Below are positions 52,514-64,000 of a stretch of DNA of 64,000 nt, piece after piece; within the stretch, counting starts at the first letter, position 1; each line of letters opens with the position of its first letter. This DNA is from Trichinella spiralis. Its lineage: Eukaryota. The notes below the pieces were generated by a model that saw nothing but the letters and a program-made list of their open reading frames with translations, was not told the DNA's origin and ran no database searches. A program made the translations under genes and the position numbers. Where the stretch lies: contig NW_003526943.1 of NCBI RefSeq assembly GCF_000181795.1, positions 11,832,007-11,896,006 of the forward strand, given 5' to 3'.

Positions 52514-53429
52514 ATGAGTAGAAATTGTCCACCTGGCTGGAATGATCCTCCACCGACAATTCCAATTTCTTCTAATCTGACGAAATTTGGTAGTGCTCGT
52601 GAATTATTACGGCAACGTGTGGTGCATCCAATTGAACATGCATATCCTTTATCGTGTGGTAAATTGAACTTTTCTTCATCTTTTCATTTATTGTTTTGAA
52701 GAAATGTGAAAATTATTATACGATTATTATATTTAGCTTCCAACAGTAGCACTTTCAATACTGAACCAAGTTCATCGTCTGAATTGAATAGGTTACCGCC
52801 AATGGTTTCCAATAAATCAACAGTACCGACGACAATTTTTAGTCACGATGATGATCCATCCGGTGATGTGGATATCCATACCCAACAACAGCAGAATAGC
52901 GTCGAATTTACTGATGAAGAACTGTTGAGCAAGCTGAGCATCTGTTTGGAAAAATGTTCTAATATTCCAGTATATTTCATTTTTTTTATTTTGAATATTA
53001 TTTTACCTGTTGTGGTTATATTTTGCTTTAAATTTTAGTCTCTTAGCAGGGAAAACATCATCAAGAGGATTCAACTGTTGAAAGAAGCATTGGGAATGTC
53101 GATCTCCTCGGATTGCAGAATGAAATTAAATCAGCTTGTCGATTGTAAATTATACTTTTAATAATTAATGAATACTTATGATAATTAATAAAAGCCACAA
53201 TACCTTTGGTATTTTTTTTCAGATTTGTCTAACGAAAGATACAAAAAAGCATATGAACTACATTCTGCCATGATGTTATATCATTTTGAAGAAGTAACTG
53301 TTTTTGAGTATATTAAAAAAGCGAAATGCTTCATTTTATTTTTCAATTTTCCCCCTCTTCCAGGTACACACATGGATGGTGGGTGTTAAAGCTTTGATAT
53401 TGGAATGTTTGAAAGAGAAACAGTGCTGA
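52514..53429 (+). CDS. SRA1: Steroid receptor RNA activator 1 protein (SRAP; SRA1/Sec31 domain)
   Basis: N-terminal GWNDPP...LLRQRVVHP motif. C-terminal helical domain KRIQLL...YKKAYELHSAMMLYHFEE|VHTWMVGVKALI. Confidence 0.85.
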
Positions 53430-53909
53430 ACGTCTGTCTGTCTATACTGTCTGCCTGATTGCCTTTTTTAGGCAAATTCAGAATGACAATAAATGAATAA
53501 ACAAATATATACATTTATATATTTTAATATGGAAAGGGAAAACTTTTTAAGTGAAAATTGAGACGTCCATTTTTATTTTAATGGTGACTCAGTTGTTCAG
53601 TTTCTGTTTGTTGTTTTTGTAATGTTTTGGTTATTATTGTTATGGAAATATGATTTTTATCATTCTGTAATATATTAAAAAGGAATTAAATAATTGTACA
53701 ATAAATATTTTTATCATTGATTGTATTTTCTGTGCATGTGCTGTGATGTGATCATTCATAAATACCCATATTGTTTACTATTTAGTATGAAATGTAAAAT
53801 TTTCAGTTTGATTTATGATTGCATTTCTTTAAATTGAATATGGAAATTATTGTTATTCTTTTTTAACCAAATTGTAGAATTTTCAATAGATCAAGTGAAG
53901 TTGTATTTT

Positions 53910-54478
53910 GATGCGTTGGAGTTTTGTTTTGTTTCGTGAAAGTAAGAACATTGTGGATCAGTATAAATTTTGGCAAGTTGTGAAATCACCAGGTTCGAGC
54001 AAATCTAAGCAGTTTGGGTATGTTTGTTTGGTTTACACATATATGCAATACAGTATACACAACTTTTCAGAAAGCGTAAAATTCATCACACGGTTCGTCT
54101 ACGTCATATAAACACGTTGAAAGTGCAATTGGATGCAGAGTATGAAGTGATGAAATGTTTAGCTTCACCTTATCTTAGCAAGGTAGGTGATTGGATTTTG
54201 TTGAAATTAAATAGTACTGATTAAAAAATTATATTTGATTACAAATGAATTTTAAGGAAGAAGAAGAAGCTTGGCATTTAGAATACGGCACAACTGATCA
54301 ACAGCGGGCCAAGTTCGAAGAAGAAGAAAAGCAAAAACGCATGCCGGGCGTGGCGAAGCGGGTAACCGGCGTGGTGAAGGTTGACCGTATGAAGGGAAAT
54401 ATTGGCAATTTACTCCACTCACCTCGTACTGTGGAACATCATTTGCATCACCTTACTTCACTGGATCGTTTTGAATAA
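53910..54478 (+). CDS. MRPL57: Mitochondrial large-subunit ribosomal protein mL63 (3 exons)
   Basis: Spliced translation KQFGKRKIHHTVRLRHINTLKVQLDAEYEVMKCLASPYLSK|EEEAWH...PRTVEHHLHHLTSLDRFE* resembles the mL63 pattern (GK.R....V...L..PY...E.E..H; C-terminal L.HL...). Confidence 0.7.
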
Positions 54479-54572
54479 GCGAACAGCAACAGCATCAACA
54501 AACATTCAAATTCTATTTATTTATTTATTTATTGTATATGGTTATGGTTGTTGTTGTTTTTTTAATCTGACG

Positions 54573-55262
54573 ATGTATTGGTTCAGTTATTTTCACCGCA
54601 GAGCTAGCAGTTCGTCAAAACAGTGGATTGCACGTCATCTGCGTGATCCGTACGTAGTTAGATGTCGAAGTGAGAATTATCGTTGCCGAAGCGCGTTCAA
54701 GCTTTTGGAAATTGACGACCGTTTCCAAATTCTCAAACCTGGCATGCTGGTTTTGGACTTGGGTTCGTCGCCTGGCAGCTGGTCACAAGTGTTATCCAGA
54801 CGTGTCAACTCTGTCAAGCTTGGTTCCAAGCCATTTGGAAAAGTGTTTGCCGTCGACAGACAGCCCATGGAACCGTTGGACGGTGTCACCTGGCTCGGAC
54901 CTTTGGATCTCAGTGTTGGTGATTCGGTCGACGTTCTGTTGCAGCGGCGTCGGCGTTTGATTGATGGAGGTGAGCCGTTGGATGCGGTGGTCAGCGACAT
55001 GGCACCGAATGCCACTGGCTGCGCTTCGGTCGATCACGAACGAATCGTTCAGCTCGGCTTCTTGAGCTTGTCAATAGCGATTCGTTGTCTCAAGTTGTCC
55101 GACCGCAGCTTCTTCTTATGCAAACTTTGGCAAGGTGTTGAACAGTGGCATTTTGCCGACGAAATCAAACGCCATTTTGGAAATTTCAAAATTGTCAAAC
55201 CAACTGCCAGTCGTAAAGAATCTGCAGAACTGTACTTTTTGGCCAGACAATTTAAAGGGTGA
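54573..55262 (+). CDS. MRM2: Mitochondrial rRNA 2'-O-methyltransferase (RlmE/FtsJ family), single exon
   Basis: SSSKQWIARHLRDPYV...YRCRSAFKLLEIDD...VLDLGSSPGSWSQV...VVSDMAPNATG...DH...CKLWQG...VKPTASRKESAELY, which includes the K-D-K-E catalytic tetrad. First in-frame ATG at 54573. Confidence 0.92.
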   Translation: MYWFSYFHRRASSSSKQWIARHLRDPYVVRCRSENYRCRSAFKLLEIDDRFQILKPGMLVLDLGSSPGSWSQVLSRRVNSVKLGSKPFGKVFAVDRQPMEPLDGVTWLGPLDLSVGDSVDVLLQRRRRLIDGGEPLDAVVSDMAPNATGCASVDHERIVQLGFLSLSIAIRCLKLSDRSFFLCKLWQGVEQWHFADEIKRHFGNFKIVKPTASRKESAELYFLARQFKG

Positions 55263-55733
55263 TTTTTTTTGTTCGAATAAAATCAAAATTTCACTTATTC
55301 ATTCATATTTTGAAAATAACGTTAACCACTGAATGATGTACGAAAAAAATGAATTTGCGAAAAAAAAGACAAACAGGAAGTGGAATTTGGAACACATGCC
55401 GCCATTATTGTACGCCTGTAACTAACTGATTGATTAATTTCACCAACAGATATATATATATATATATGACAAATTTTATCAAGCAAATTTTTTTTCATAA
55501 TTTGCAATAATGTAATAATATAAAAGCAACAAAACGATGTAAAATCAAGTAATAAAAAAGATAAATTAATCATCATTTTTCAAAAGAAATATCAGATATC
55601 TTCCAATAGAATAAAAAAATCTCTTTAGAAAACAAATTTATTTATTTTTTATTCGCAACATAGTAACGCATTTAAAAAATAATACAATTCTTAAGATTAG
55701 ATCATATTATTGAAGAACAAAAAAAAGCGTGAT

Positions 55734-56342
55734 TCATGAATCAACGGTTACGGTGTTTCCAGATTTTGTTGATAAAGAATTCTTCAATTCTGTGACGTTG
55801 TTGTTATCCATCGCTTCAGCAATCGACTTATCTATGACAATTTCTTCTGATTTGTTAACATTAATCACTGCATCTTCTAAAATAAACAAATGATAATGAT
55901 AATCAAGTTCATTAGCATTTTTATTTTCCATTTCAATTCATTCTCAATTTCATCAGATTGTAATATTTATAAAATAAACAAATTATATTTAAATAAAAAA
56001 TAAATTAACAAAAAACATTGTGGTTAATGTAATTTTAATTTATAAACAGCAAAACTAACAGAATGGAACGTTTAAATTTAAATTTCATGCTCTAAACGAT
56101 ATGATTCATATGCTAGATTCAATGATATTCAATGAGTTAACTTACATATATGCATGTAGTATCTATCTATGTGCATTATGTTTGTCTATTTATCTGCTCA
56201 CTTCGAAAAATATATGTACAAATAAATAATAGAACAATTTTAAAAAGTGAAATACTGTACCAGTGTTATTTTTGTATTTTTCTCGTTGAGCATCACAGTG
56301 AGGTGTGACGTTGTATGATTTTTTAGAACCTGAAATTCCCAT
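55734..56342 (-). CDS. Small (74 aa) protein with an N-myristoylation motif, BASP1/MARCKS-like N-terminus
   Basis: Exons 56342-56261 and 55876-55734 join in phase to give MGISGSKKSYNVTPHCDAQREKYKNNTEDAVINVNKSEEIVIDKSIAEAMDNNNVTELKNSLSTKSGNTVTVDS*. Confidence 0.6.
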
Positions 56343-56666
56343 ACTGAATATTGAAGGATGAAAACCAATTTAGTGGTTTGTTAGCTGGATTCTTCTCTTG
56401 TTGGTGTCTTTTGACAAAGCTAAACAGTTTCCCAATAGAAAATAAAATATTACTAATGTGGTGAGTATAAAATTTTCCAACGCACGTAACTTTTAAATAA
56501 CAAATTCAAATGTTAATTTCATGATGCAAATGTGGGCATATGAAAAGTCGTGTTTACTGACTATATAATATAGCGTGCCACGTATTCGAATTGCTATTTA
56601 GAATAATTTAGGGTCAAATGATATGAAAGGCCACACCCAACTACGCTTTTCGCCTAACACGGTCGC

Positions 56667-56688
56667 ACATGCATGCATGCATGCATGT
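56667..56688. repeat. Perfect 22-bp palindrome, (GCAT)n
   Basis: ACATGCATGCATGCATGCATGT is its own reverse complement. Confidence 0.95.
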
Positions 56689-57897
56689 TGTAACGGATGC
56701 CAGCCAGAACCGACCTTGAACCCATGTAAAATCTCCACTCCACTTTTTCAGTTGCTTAACATTCTATTTTAAAACTAATAAATAATATTAGTAACAGTTG
56801 TAAAGAAAAATAATGCATTTTTTGTGAAAAGCAAAAACAATAATTTGAAAAATTTCAAATATGCAATTACTGCCTCCGTTGTGAAAAAATCATACATCTA
56901 CGCAAAAAGGAGGCAAATTTAAATTTGAATTGGTCAAGCAATAATAATGAAGTTACAAATTTCAGCACTGAATCATTGTACAGACGTTTGCTCTATTTTC
57001 ACTTTGGACAAAAGCTGTTTGCAATCGGCAAAAAGTTTCATATGATTCACCACTTTGTTTTTCAATTAATTATTATTTATTTATAAATCTTTTATGTATT
57101 GTTTGAAAAAATGAATAATTTCCTTTTTGAAAATTTATCAGCGATGTAATGCAATATTAATTAAAAGTTTTGTTGAATAATATAATTGAAATATTATTAC
57201 GAAATGTAAAACTATTCAAAGCAGAACTTGTTTTTCAAAAAGGTCAAAGAACTGTGATGCAATAACATATTGCTAAATTAACGGACAACCAAATTATTTT
57301 ATGCAAATTAAAAGTAAACAAAAATTGCTTTCATATATGAATGAAAGTTGTATATTTATTTGTGAACAATTATTTTCAAAATAGATGAAGATTAAATGAA
57401 TGAATAATTTTCAATTTGAAAAAGTAACAAATTTCAAAAGAGATATCACTTTCCAACTATTCAATAAACGTTAAAACCAAATTATTTGATGATTATTGAC
57501 GCAATTTATCAAAAAAATTAATTTTATTAAATATAGAAGAAAATTACTGTAACGCGAAATAATATTTCATTCATACTTACCAGAAAATTTTACTTTTGAT
57601 TGTTCTCTTTGAAAATTACTCTTCAATAATACTAATGATAATAGCAATAATAAAAAGAGGAGCAAATTCTTTCAGTGTGAAGCAACAATATGATTGAATG
57701 ACACGCTTGTAATGTTTTTGATGATTTGCAAGCAATAAATCAAAGCATCAAATGTCGAACAACACCATTCTCCCACGATTGCTCGCAATTTGGTCCTGAT
57801 TGGTTGAAAATTTTGAAATAAAAATATTCTGCAATCACATATTTATTAAATGCAACACACAATTTAAATTTTAATTTAAAAACAATAAAAAAATTAA

Positions 57898-60220
57898 TCA
57901 AGATTCCACATTTTCAAGATCTTCCAAATCTTTCTTGATCAAAGTTATCACTTTCTCCAGCGTCTCTTGAAATGCAATCATGTACTATAAAAAAACAAAA
58001 TATAAATAACAATAAATCATTATTAACTTATTGCTCATTAGTAATTATAATTGAAAAGATTAACTAGATCAAGAAGAAGAATAATTTGAGAAATGTTAAC
58101 TTTATTTATTTCTATATTTATATGTTCATTTTAATCATCGAAATATTTCATAATTGAAAAAAACTTTTTTCTCACTTTTCCAATTTCCATTAGTGTTTCT
58201 TCACCAATAGGTTTTATTTCTGAAGCAAAATTTAAAGCATCCGGTGAATTTCGAAGACGGCATAGCAGCTCTAATAGCTTTGACTGAAACAGACCCAATG
58301 CACTGGAATAAAATTAAATACAAATTCACAAATACAATTATTACTTTCAATCGACCAGGACCCCGAATATTTGTATTAATTCTTTCCAATCTAACTCTTA
58401 AAGCATCCTCACTTTTGTCCACTGCATGTCCACGTCGATATTTGAGCACTTCAGCAATTACAACCTGAAATCAACAATTATAATAAATAACGTTCAACAG
58501 TATACAAAATATGAATAAAATAAATAAATATCGCTTATCACCAAAAGTAATCGATGAGCCAAAAGAAGATGCCTCTCTTTCATACTTTGCAAACGTCGTT
58601 CGATACTTAACGTGCGCTCATCGATCATATTTAAATTTTTCACAATTTCCTGAATTTTTGTGAAATGCATTTCAACAGTTCGAAGCTTATTTACAACAGT
58701 TCAAAACTTACCTTTGTACAGTTCTCTTGAAATGCTGTTTCTTGAACTTGGAGCCTGTGTCGAGCAAGCAATTCACTAAATCCTTGAATAGGCCAGGGAA
58801 CTAAACGATCCGGGTCGGGATTATCAACCTGTGCTTGTTTCCATACGGTACTATCAAAACCTGAGAAAAAAACAGTTTAATAAAATACTGAATATTGAAA
58901 TAGCAAAAAAATAACACAATAAACCTGACGGTGGTACGGCAAGATATTCTTTCAATTTATCATCCATAACGCCTGCTTTGATTTCGATATTTTCAACCAA
59001 AGCTTGCGTTTGAAGCTGAACCTTGATGTTATTTTGATTGAAAAATGCAAACGTTTCAGAAGCAGAAATACGACGTTTCACTCCCGTCGATGGATTACTT
59101 TCCACAACATAAATCACCGTATAGCATCTGGAAAATTAAATTTGATAAACAAAATAAATTTATGAAAACTGAAGAGGAAATTGCATGTACTTATTTCCAG
59201 GAGCTGGTTTAATACTTTCAATTTGTACTGATATTGTCGGCTTACTGCCCATTATTTGAAAAAGACAATCGCACAATAGCTGGCGATTATTTTTCACATC
59301 TTCCTCTGGTTTATTTATCAACAATCCAATAAATCCATCTTCATCTTTGAACAACAATTTTCGATTATAGCCGACAAACTTAAAAAGGTAGTAAAATAAA
59401 ATTATTCAATTCAACAAGTTCTTGTTCATAATTAATCAATTGAAATCTGAACGGAATAATTTGAAAGTATTACTACTCATGCATACGGTAGAATTACTAA
59501 CCAAACAACTTAAGAAAAATATATGACGAAATTTTTCAATTACTTTAAATTGACAAAACGGATTTTGAGGAGGAAATTCAACAGCAGGGGTATTGCTAGC
59601 GTAAAATCCTTTACCAACGCCGGAGAAAATAAGAACTTGATTAAACCTTGCAATAATCAGGTCCCTCTCGTCACCATAAATTTGTGGATTGTTGATAGCC
59701 AAGATATATTTAACAATTTCATCGGAAACTAAAATTGAAATATTTTCCATGATTTCAAGTAATAAATTCGTCAGGCATTTTTCAAATTGAAAAAAAAACT
59801 TTTAAATAAAACAATACCATTAGTAGCCGGTGGTCTCGGCGCCCCAGTTACAGTAGTGTTAAAACTTGTAAATGTTGTTTGCGGTAACGGATTGCTGACA
59901 GAACCAAAAAATGTTGATCCTAAATTCGTACCAAACAAAGGAGCAGACGTTGTAGTTGTTGAAAGCGCTGGAGCGGCAAAGCCAACTGCCGTTGTCGTTG
60001 GATTTGCTAGTGTGGAAAAGAAAGTGGATTGCGTTGTCGCTGGAACCGCTGGAAATAGTGAAGGAAAAAGCGTCGACTGAACTGTAGAAACTGGGGTTGG
60101 AAATAGAGAAGCTTGAGTGCTCGGTGGAGGGAAACGAAATGCTGAAGACGAAACTGGGTTCGTAGCAAACAAGCTACCTGGGGTGGAAGATGAAACAGTG
60201 GCTTTGATATTTCCAAACAT
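57898..60220 (-). CDS. NUP54: Nucleoporin p54 (multi-exon)
   Basis: FG/ST-rich N-terminus, then IYGDERDLIIARFNQ...GVGKGFY, NPFCQFK|FVGY, PPSGFDSTVWKQAQVDNPDPDRLVPWPIQGFSELLAR, and a C-terminal coiled coil ending KKDLEDLENVES*. Confidence 0.9.
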
Positions 60221-61496
60221 GAATGCTTAAAATTTAACTTTCAATAATACCAATCTGAAATTTACAAGAAAACAGTTCCATTTAATAAAAATAATCTTGA
60301 TAGCGGCAAAATAAAACAAACAATATCATTATTTTTCAAATTACACTCATAGAACATAGATAATGCAAAAAATAGCGTAAAATTTATGCAGAACAAAATT
60401 AACAGCAATTACATGTGGATCATATTACTTTAAATTTGCATTAAAATATTTATCATCATTTTTTCATTAACTGCATGTATTAACGTTTCGTACTGTATGT
60501 TGTGATTTGCAGGATGCTTTTGTTTTGGGCATCTCTTTTTTGTACATAAAAGTTGGTAAGTTTTTTTTATTAAGATTTATAATTTTTACTCAGAAAATTT
60601 GAATATTTAAGTTCATCAAAAATGTTTTATCTGAAAGGTTTCAAATTTGAATTGCTGCTAAACATCAGAACTTTTTGTCCACATGTAGCATAAATAATTT
60701 AAATAAATATCACAATTTTTTTATTTTGTAGTGCAACTGAATACACATCTGTGCAATTAATTAATTGCCCATTCTAATTATGCATCTGAATTTAGCATCT
60801 ATTCATAAACGCATAAATGTGAACTAAAGTTGCTATGTCTCTTTTCAAACTAAAGAATTTTATTAAAAATATGAATGCATAAATTGCATTAAATTAAAAT
60901 AATGTTTTTAAATGAAGATAATTGCATTAAATTAAAATCAGTAATATTAGATCTTATTTGTATAATTTTTGTGTTATTTTAAAATGTTAACATTACAATA
61001 GCTAATATCTTATTATTTGTTAATTAAATAAATTGCTGATGTCAATTAAGGCTTCAGTTACTATTATACATAATAATTTAAATGCACAAAAGAAAAAATA
61101 AACTATTTTCAAAATATTGCTATTTTATATGCTTAATAAATTTTGCTTTTAATATTGAATGTCTAATTTTAAAGTGCGCATTTTTATATGATGAAAAGTT
61201 CGAAACATCTGGAAATGGCTTATTGCAGTTTTTTGTTAATATTATTATTTGTTAACAAAATTATAAAGTAAGATTCTTAAAATAAATTGAAATGAAACAT
61301 CTCCTAAGAAAATTAGATTTCGCAAGTAGTTGCTTCTATCTTTAGTTAAAATAAAAAGGTGTTCATATGCACTTCGTATATTTAGTTTAAAATGCTACTG
61401 TATTCATATGCTATTAGCTATATGTAGTTTAAAATTAGAATAGTTTAAATTTTTATTAAAGTGCACCTAAAAAAAGCTTATCATTTCATTTCCAGA

Positions 61497-62900
61497 TAGC
61501 AGTAAGAAATCCTGCGCGTTTGTTGGCTTTCTTACGTCTACAATTGCTGGAATTCAACACATCTATTTGGTAAATAAATAATATTTTAAATAATTTTCAT
61601 TTAAGGTGATACCAATAGTAATAATAAATTCCGTTAATTTACTTTGAAACATTTTTCATATTTGAATGTTTAACTGAAAACTGTTTCGATAAACGGTTAA
61701 GTGACTGAACATACTGATAATTTTATTTAATTTTACAATAGATATCAAATTTATATTATTTTCAGTGTATTGAAAAGTTCTGACAGAATATATATGAAAA
61801 AAAGTGGAAAACAAGAACCAAAAAAGACGTTATGAAAATGTAAATATTAGTGATTAAGCTTTCTTTATTTTTATAAAATAATTGTACATATTAAATACAT
61901 ATCTTTTAATAGTTGCTATATTTGAATAGCGCTGATTTAACATGCATAAAAAATTGAAGGTTCTTGAAATATGAAAGAATGCAGTCCTTTATAAGCATAT
62001 TGCCATTTACAGCAGCGTTAACACTGATCTGTTTGGAACTGCCTTCGATGTGAGTATTTCATTTTGTTTTCTTCTTTAGCAATGCTAATATTTGTTATTT
62101 AGTGATGCAGTTTATTCTACGCTAAAGAAAAATCCATCTGAAGAAATGTTACTTATCATACTTGCAAAAACTGCAGCATGGTAAGCAATATATGGTTCAT
62201 CCCTATTCATTCTCATAATCAGAATAAGTTTTAGCTATTTCTTTGGTTTTCAAGGTTCTCTGATAACAGGATGTAAAGAAACCGCTTTACTATATTTCAT
62301 GATTTTTTTAATTTATGTAAATTACCTGATTATTAATTACTGCCATGCATGTGATAAGGTGAGATGCTTGGTTCAGATGTTGTGTTGCTCATTATTTCTC
62401 ATCTGAAATTATTTCAGGCCCGTGCAGTGCAAAGTTTTAAATTATGTTTTGCTGTATGTGCATGTTTTCAGTGCTTTCTTTTATTCAACTGGAAAAATCC
62501 AATTCTGATTTCAGCATTTAATATATATGCAACTGTATTCGTTGCTTTGAACGTCACATCTGCACTTTATAAAATAGTACTTTATATATGCTTTATGATA
62601 ATTGACTCGATCCAGTAATGTTATTTTTCATTTTGCAGAAGAGAGCGATTGAAGAAAAATCAACGAAAAACTTTTCATTTTCAGAATGTAGTTTAAATTT
62701 AATTTTTAACTTGCAATTAGCCGTTTATTCATTTTTCAATAGTGAACTCAGCAGAACTGTAAGACTTTTACCAAATATTTCTTACTTGCTATTTGTAATA
62801 TAATTTTTTGCATTTTTAGAGCATTTTCATGGTATATGTAGCAATTTATGCCTGTGCAATGCTCTTAATGCAACTTTATCCGCAATCAAACTAAACTGAA
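61497..62900 (+). CDS. Exon fragments of a multi-pass membrane protein (possibly a degenerate transporter); no complete model
   Basis: AG/GT-bounded hydrophobic exons: SSKKSCAFVGFLTSTIAGIQHIYL, MQSFISILPFTAALTLICLELPS|DAVYSTLKKNPSEEMLLIILAKTAA, and CFLLFNWKNPILISAFNIYATVFVALNVTSALYKI. I could not join all of them without stops. Confidence 0.35.
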
Positions 62901-64000
62901 TGCACAATATATGCAAACATTTAAGTACAACAACCCTTTATTCATAAAGCTTATTGAATGGCTGCTTATAATGGTTGCTGCACAGAATATTTACTTATTT
63001 CTAATCTTGTAAATTATCAGAATGCTATGAATTACTATTTTCTAAATTAATAAAATTAATATATCTAATAAATCATAAGCAATAAAACAGTGATTTATTT
63101 TCAGCACAGAGTTTAAGTATAACAAGAAGAAAATTAAAAATTAACTATAAAGTATCCATTTATTAGTTATAAAAAGCTATTTTTCAAAGATTGAAAATTT
63201 TTTTCAAAATATTCAGAATATGAATGTAATTTAAAACTGTAAATATATTAAATACAACTATCATCAGCACTGTCAAACAAGCTTACTAGTGCATTATAAA
63301 TATATACATTCATCAAGTATAAACTGATGAATTGTATTTTGCTATTATACAAAAAATTAAAATACATGCTCTGTATGATACTTTAGGTTTCAGAAAAATA
63401 TTCTACTAAAGTCTGAAGTTAAGTTGTTAATAATTTTAAGTTTAATTTACCAAAAAACTTTTACATCCTCATCCTACTGTCTACTATGTAAAAGCTCTAA
63501 ATCAATAGTGCACCTAAAAGACTAAGAGCTTTTTTCAATTAAAAAAACTATTAAAATTATGATGCGCATATTTATGATTTTTTGCAGTAAAGTTAAACTT
63601 CTTAATTTTTGAATGTTCAAATTAATATATTTCATTTTATTTATGTTTTGATAAAGTTTACAAATAAAAGCATAAATTTAACTTTGATTGAAAATGGCAC
63701 GTTATTAATTTAATTAAACGTTGTATTTTAATAAATTATTGTAAAATATTTTTCATATAGATAAGTACTAAAAATGCTATTATAGTTTAGTCTTTATTCA
63801 TTGCATAATTACTATAAGAATTTATCATTTTTACCAGTTTTGAATGAAAAGAGCAACGTTGATGTTTAATCAGAAAACAGAAGTTCTGTCAATCTTTCAT
63901 TGGTTGACTTCTGCTATTGTGATAGATGCCAATCTTTTACGAATGCTGTCATTTTGCTGTTGATAAAAATTATTAAACGCTGAGCTTTAAACGAATTGAA

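Noticed and set aside
52642..52650. ATATCCTTT in SRA1 resembling a second U12 donor
   Set aside because: It lies in-frame in exon 1 (A-Y-P-L). A normal GT donor follows ~17 nt later and no TCCTTAAC branch box is present downstream.
60882..60938. 19-bp direct repeat AATTGCATTAAATTAAAAT
   Set aside because: Two copies of low-complexity AT-rich sequence, likely slippage.

Overview
AT-rich, intron-dense eukaryotic DNA from a nematode, most likely Trichinella. That assignment is inferred from the tandem plancitoxin/DNase II-like genes, short GT-AG introns with TTTCAG/TTTTAG acceptors, and a retained U12-type intron. In order, the genes are: NOP16 (+), a SUN-domain protein (-), a tincar-like protein (-), DGCR6/gonadal (+), HSBP1 (+), a PAP2 lipid phosphate phosphatase (-), PCGF3-like (+), NUDCD2 (+), NDRG (-), an intronless GC-rich TOP3A (+), two secreted DNase II-like paralogs lacking both catalytic His (-), a 7TM receptor-like gene (+), a small orphan secreted cationic protein (+), PRCP (+), SRA1 (+), mL63/MRPL57 (+), an intronless MRM2 (+), a small myristoylation-motif protein (-), NUP54 (-) and fragments of a membrane protein (+). 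Mobile-element relics are a Tigger/pogo derivative, a BEL/Pao 3' end and a Ty3/Gypsy integrase. The most notable observations are the AT-AC minor-spliceosome intron in HSBP1, operon-like clusters including the mitoribosomal pair mL63-MRM2, two small spliced genes missed by the ORF track, near-abutting convergent stops (NOP16/SUN) and a non-coding block conserved upstream of both DNase II pseudoenzyme genes. I found no prokaryotic-type system such as CRISPR. All family calls come from motif recognition by eye, not database searches.
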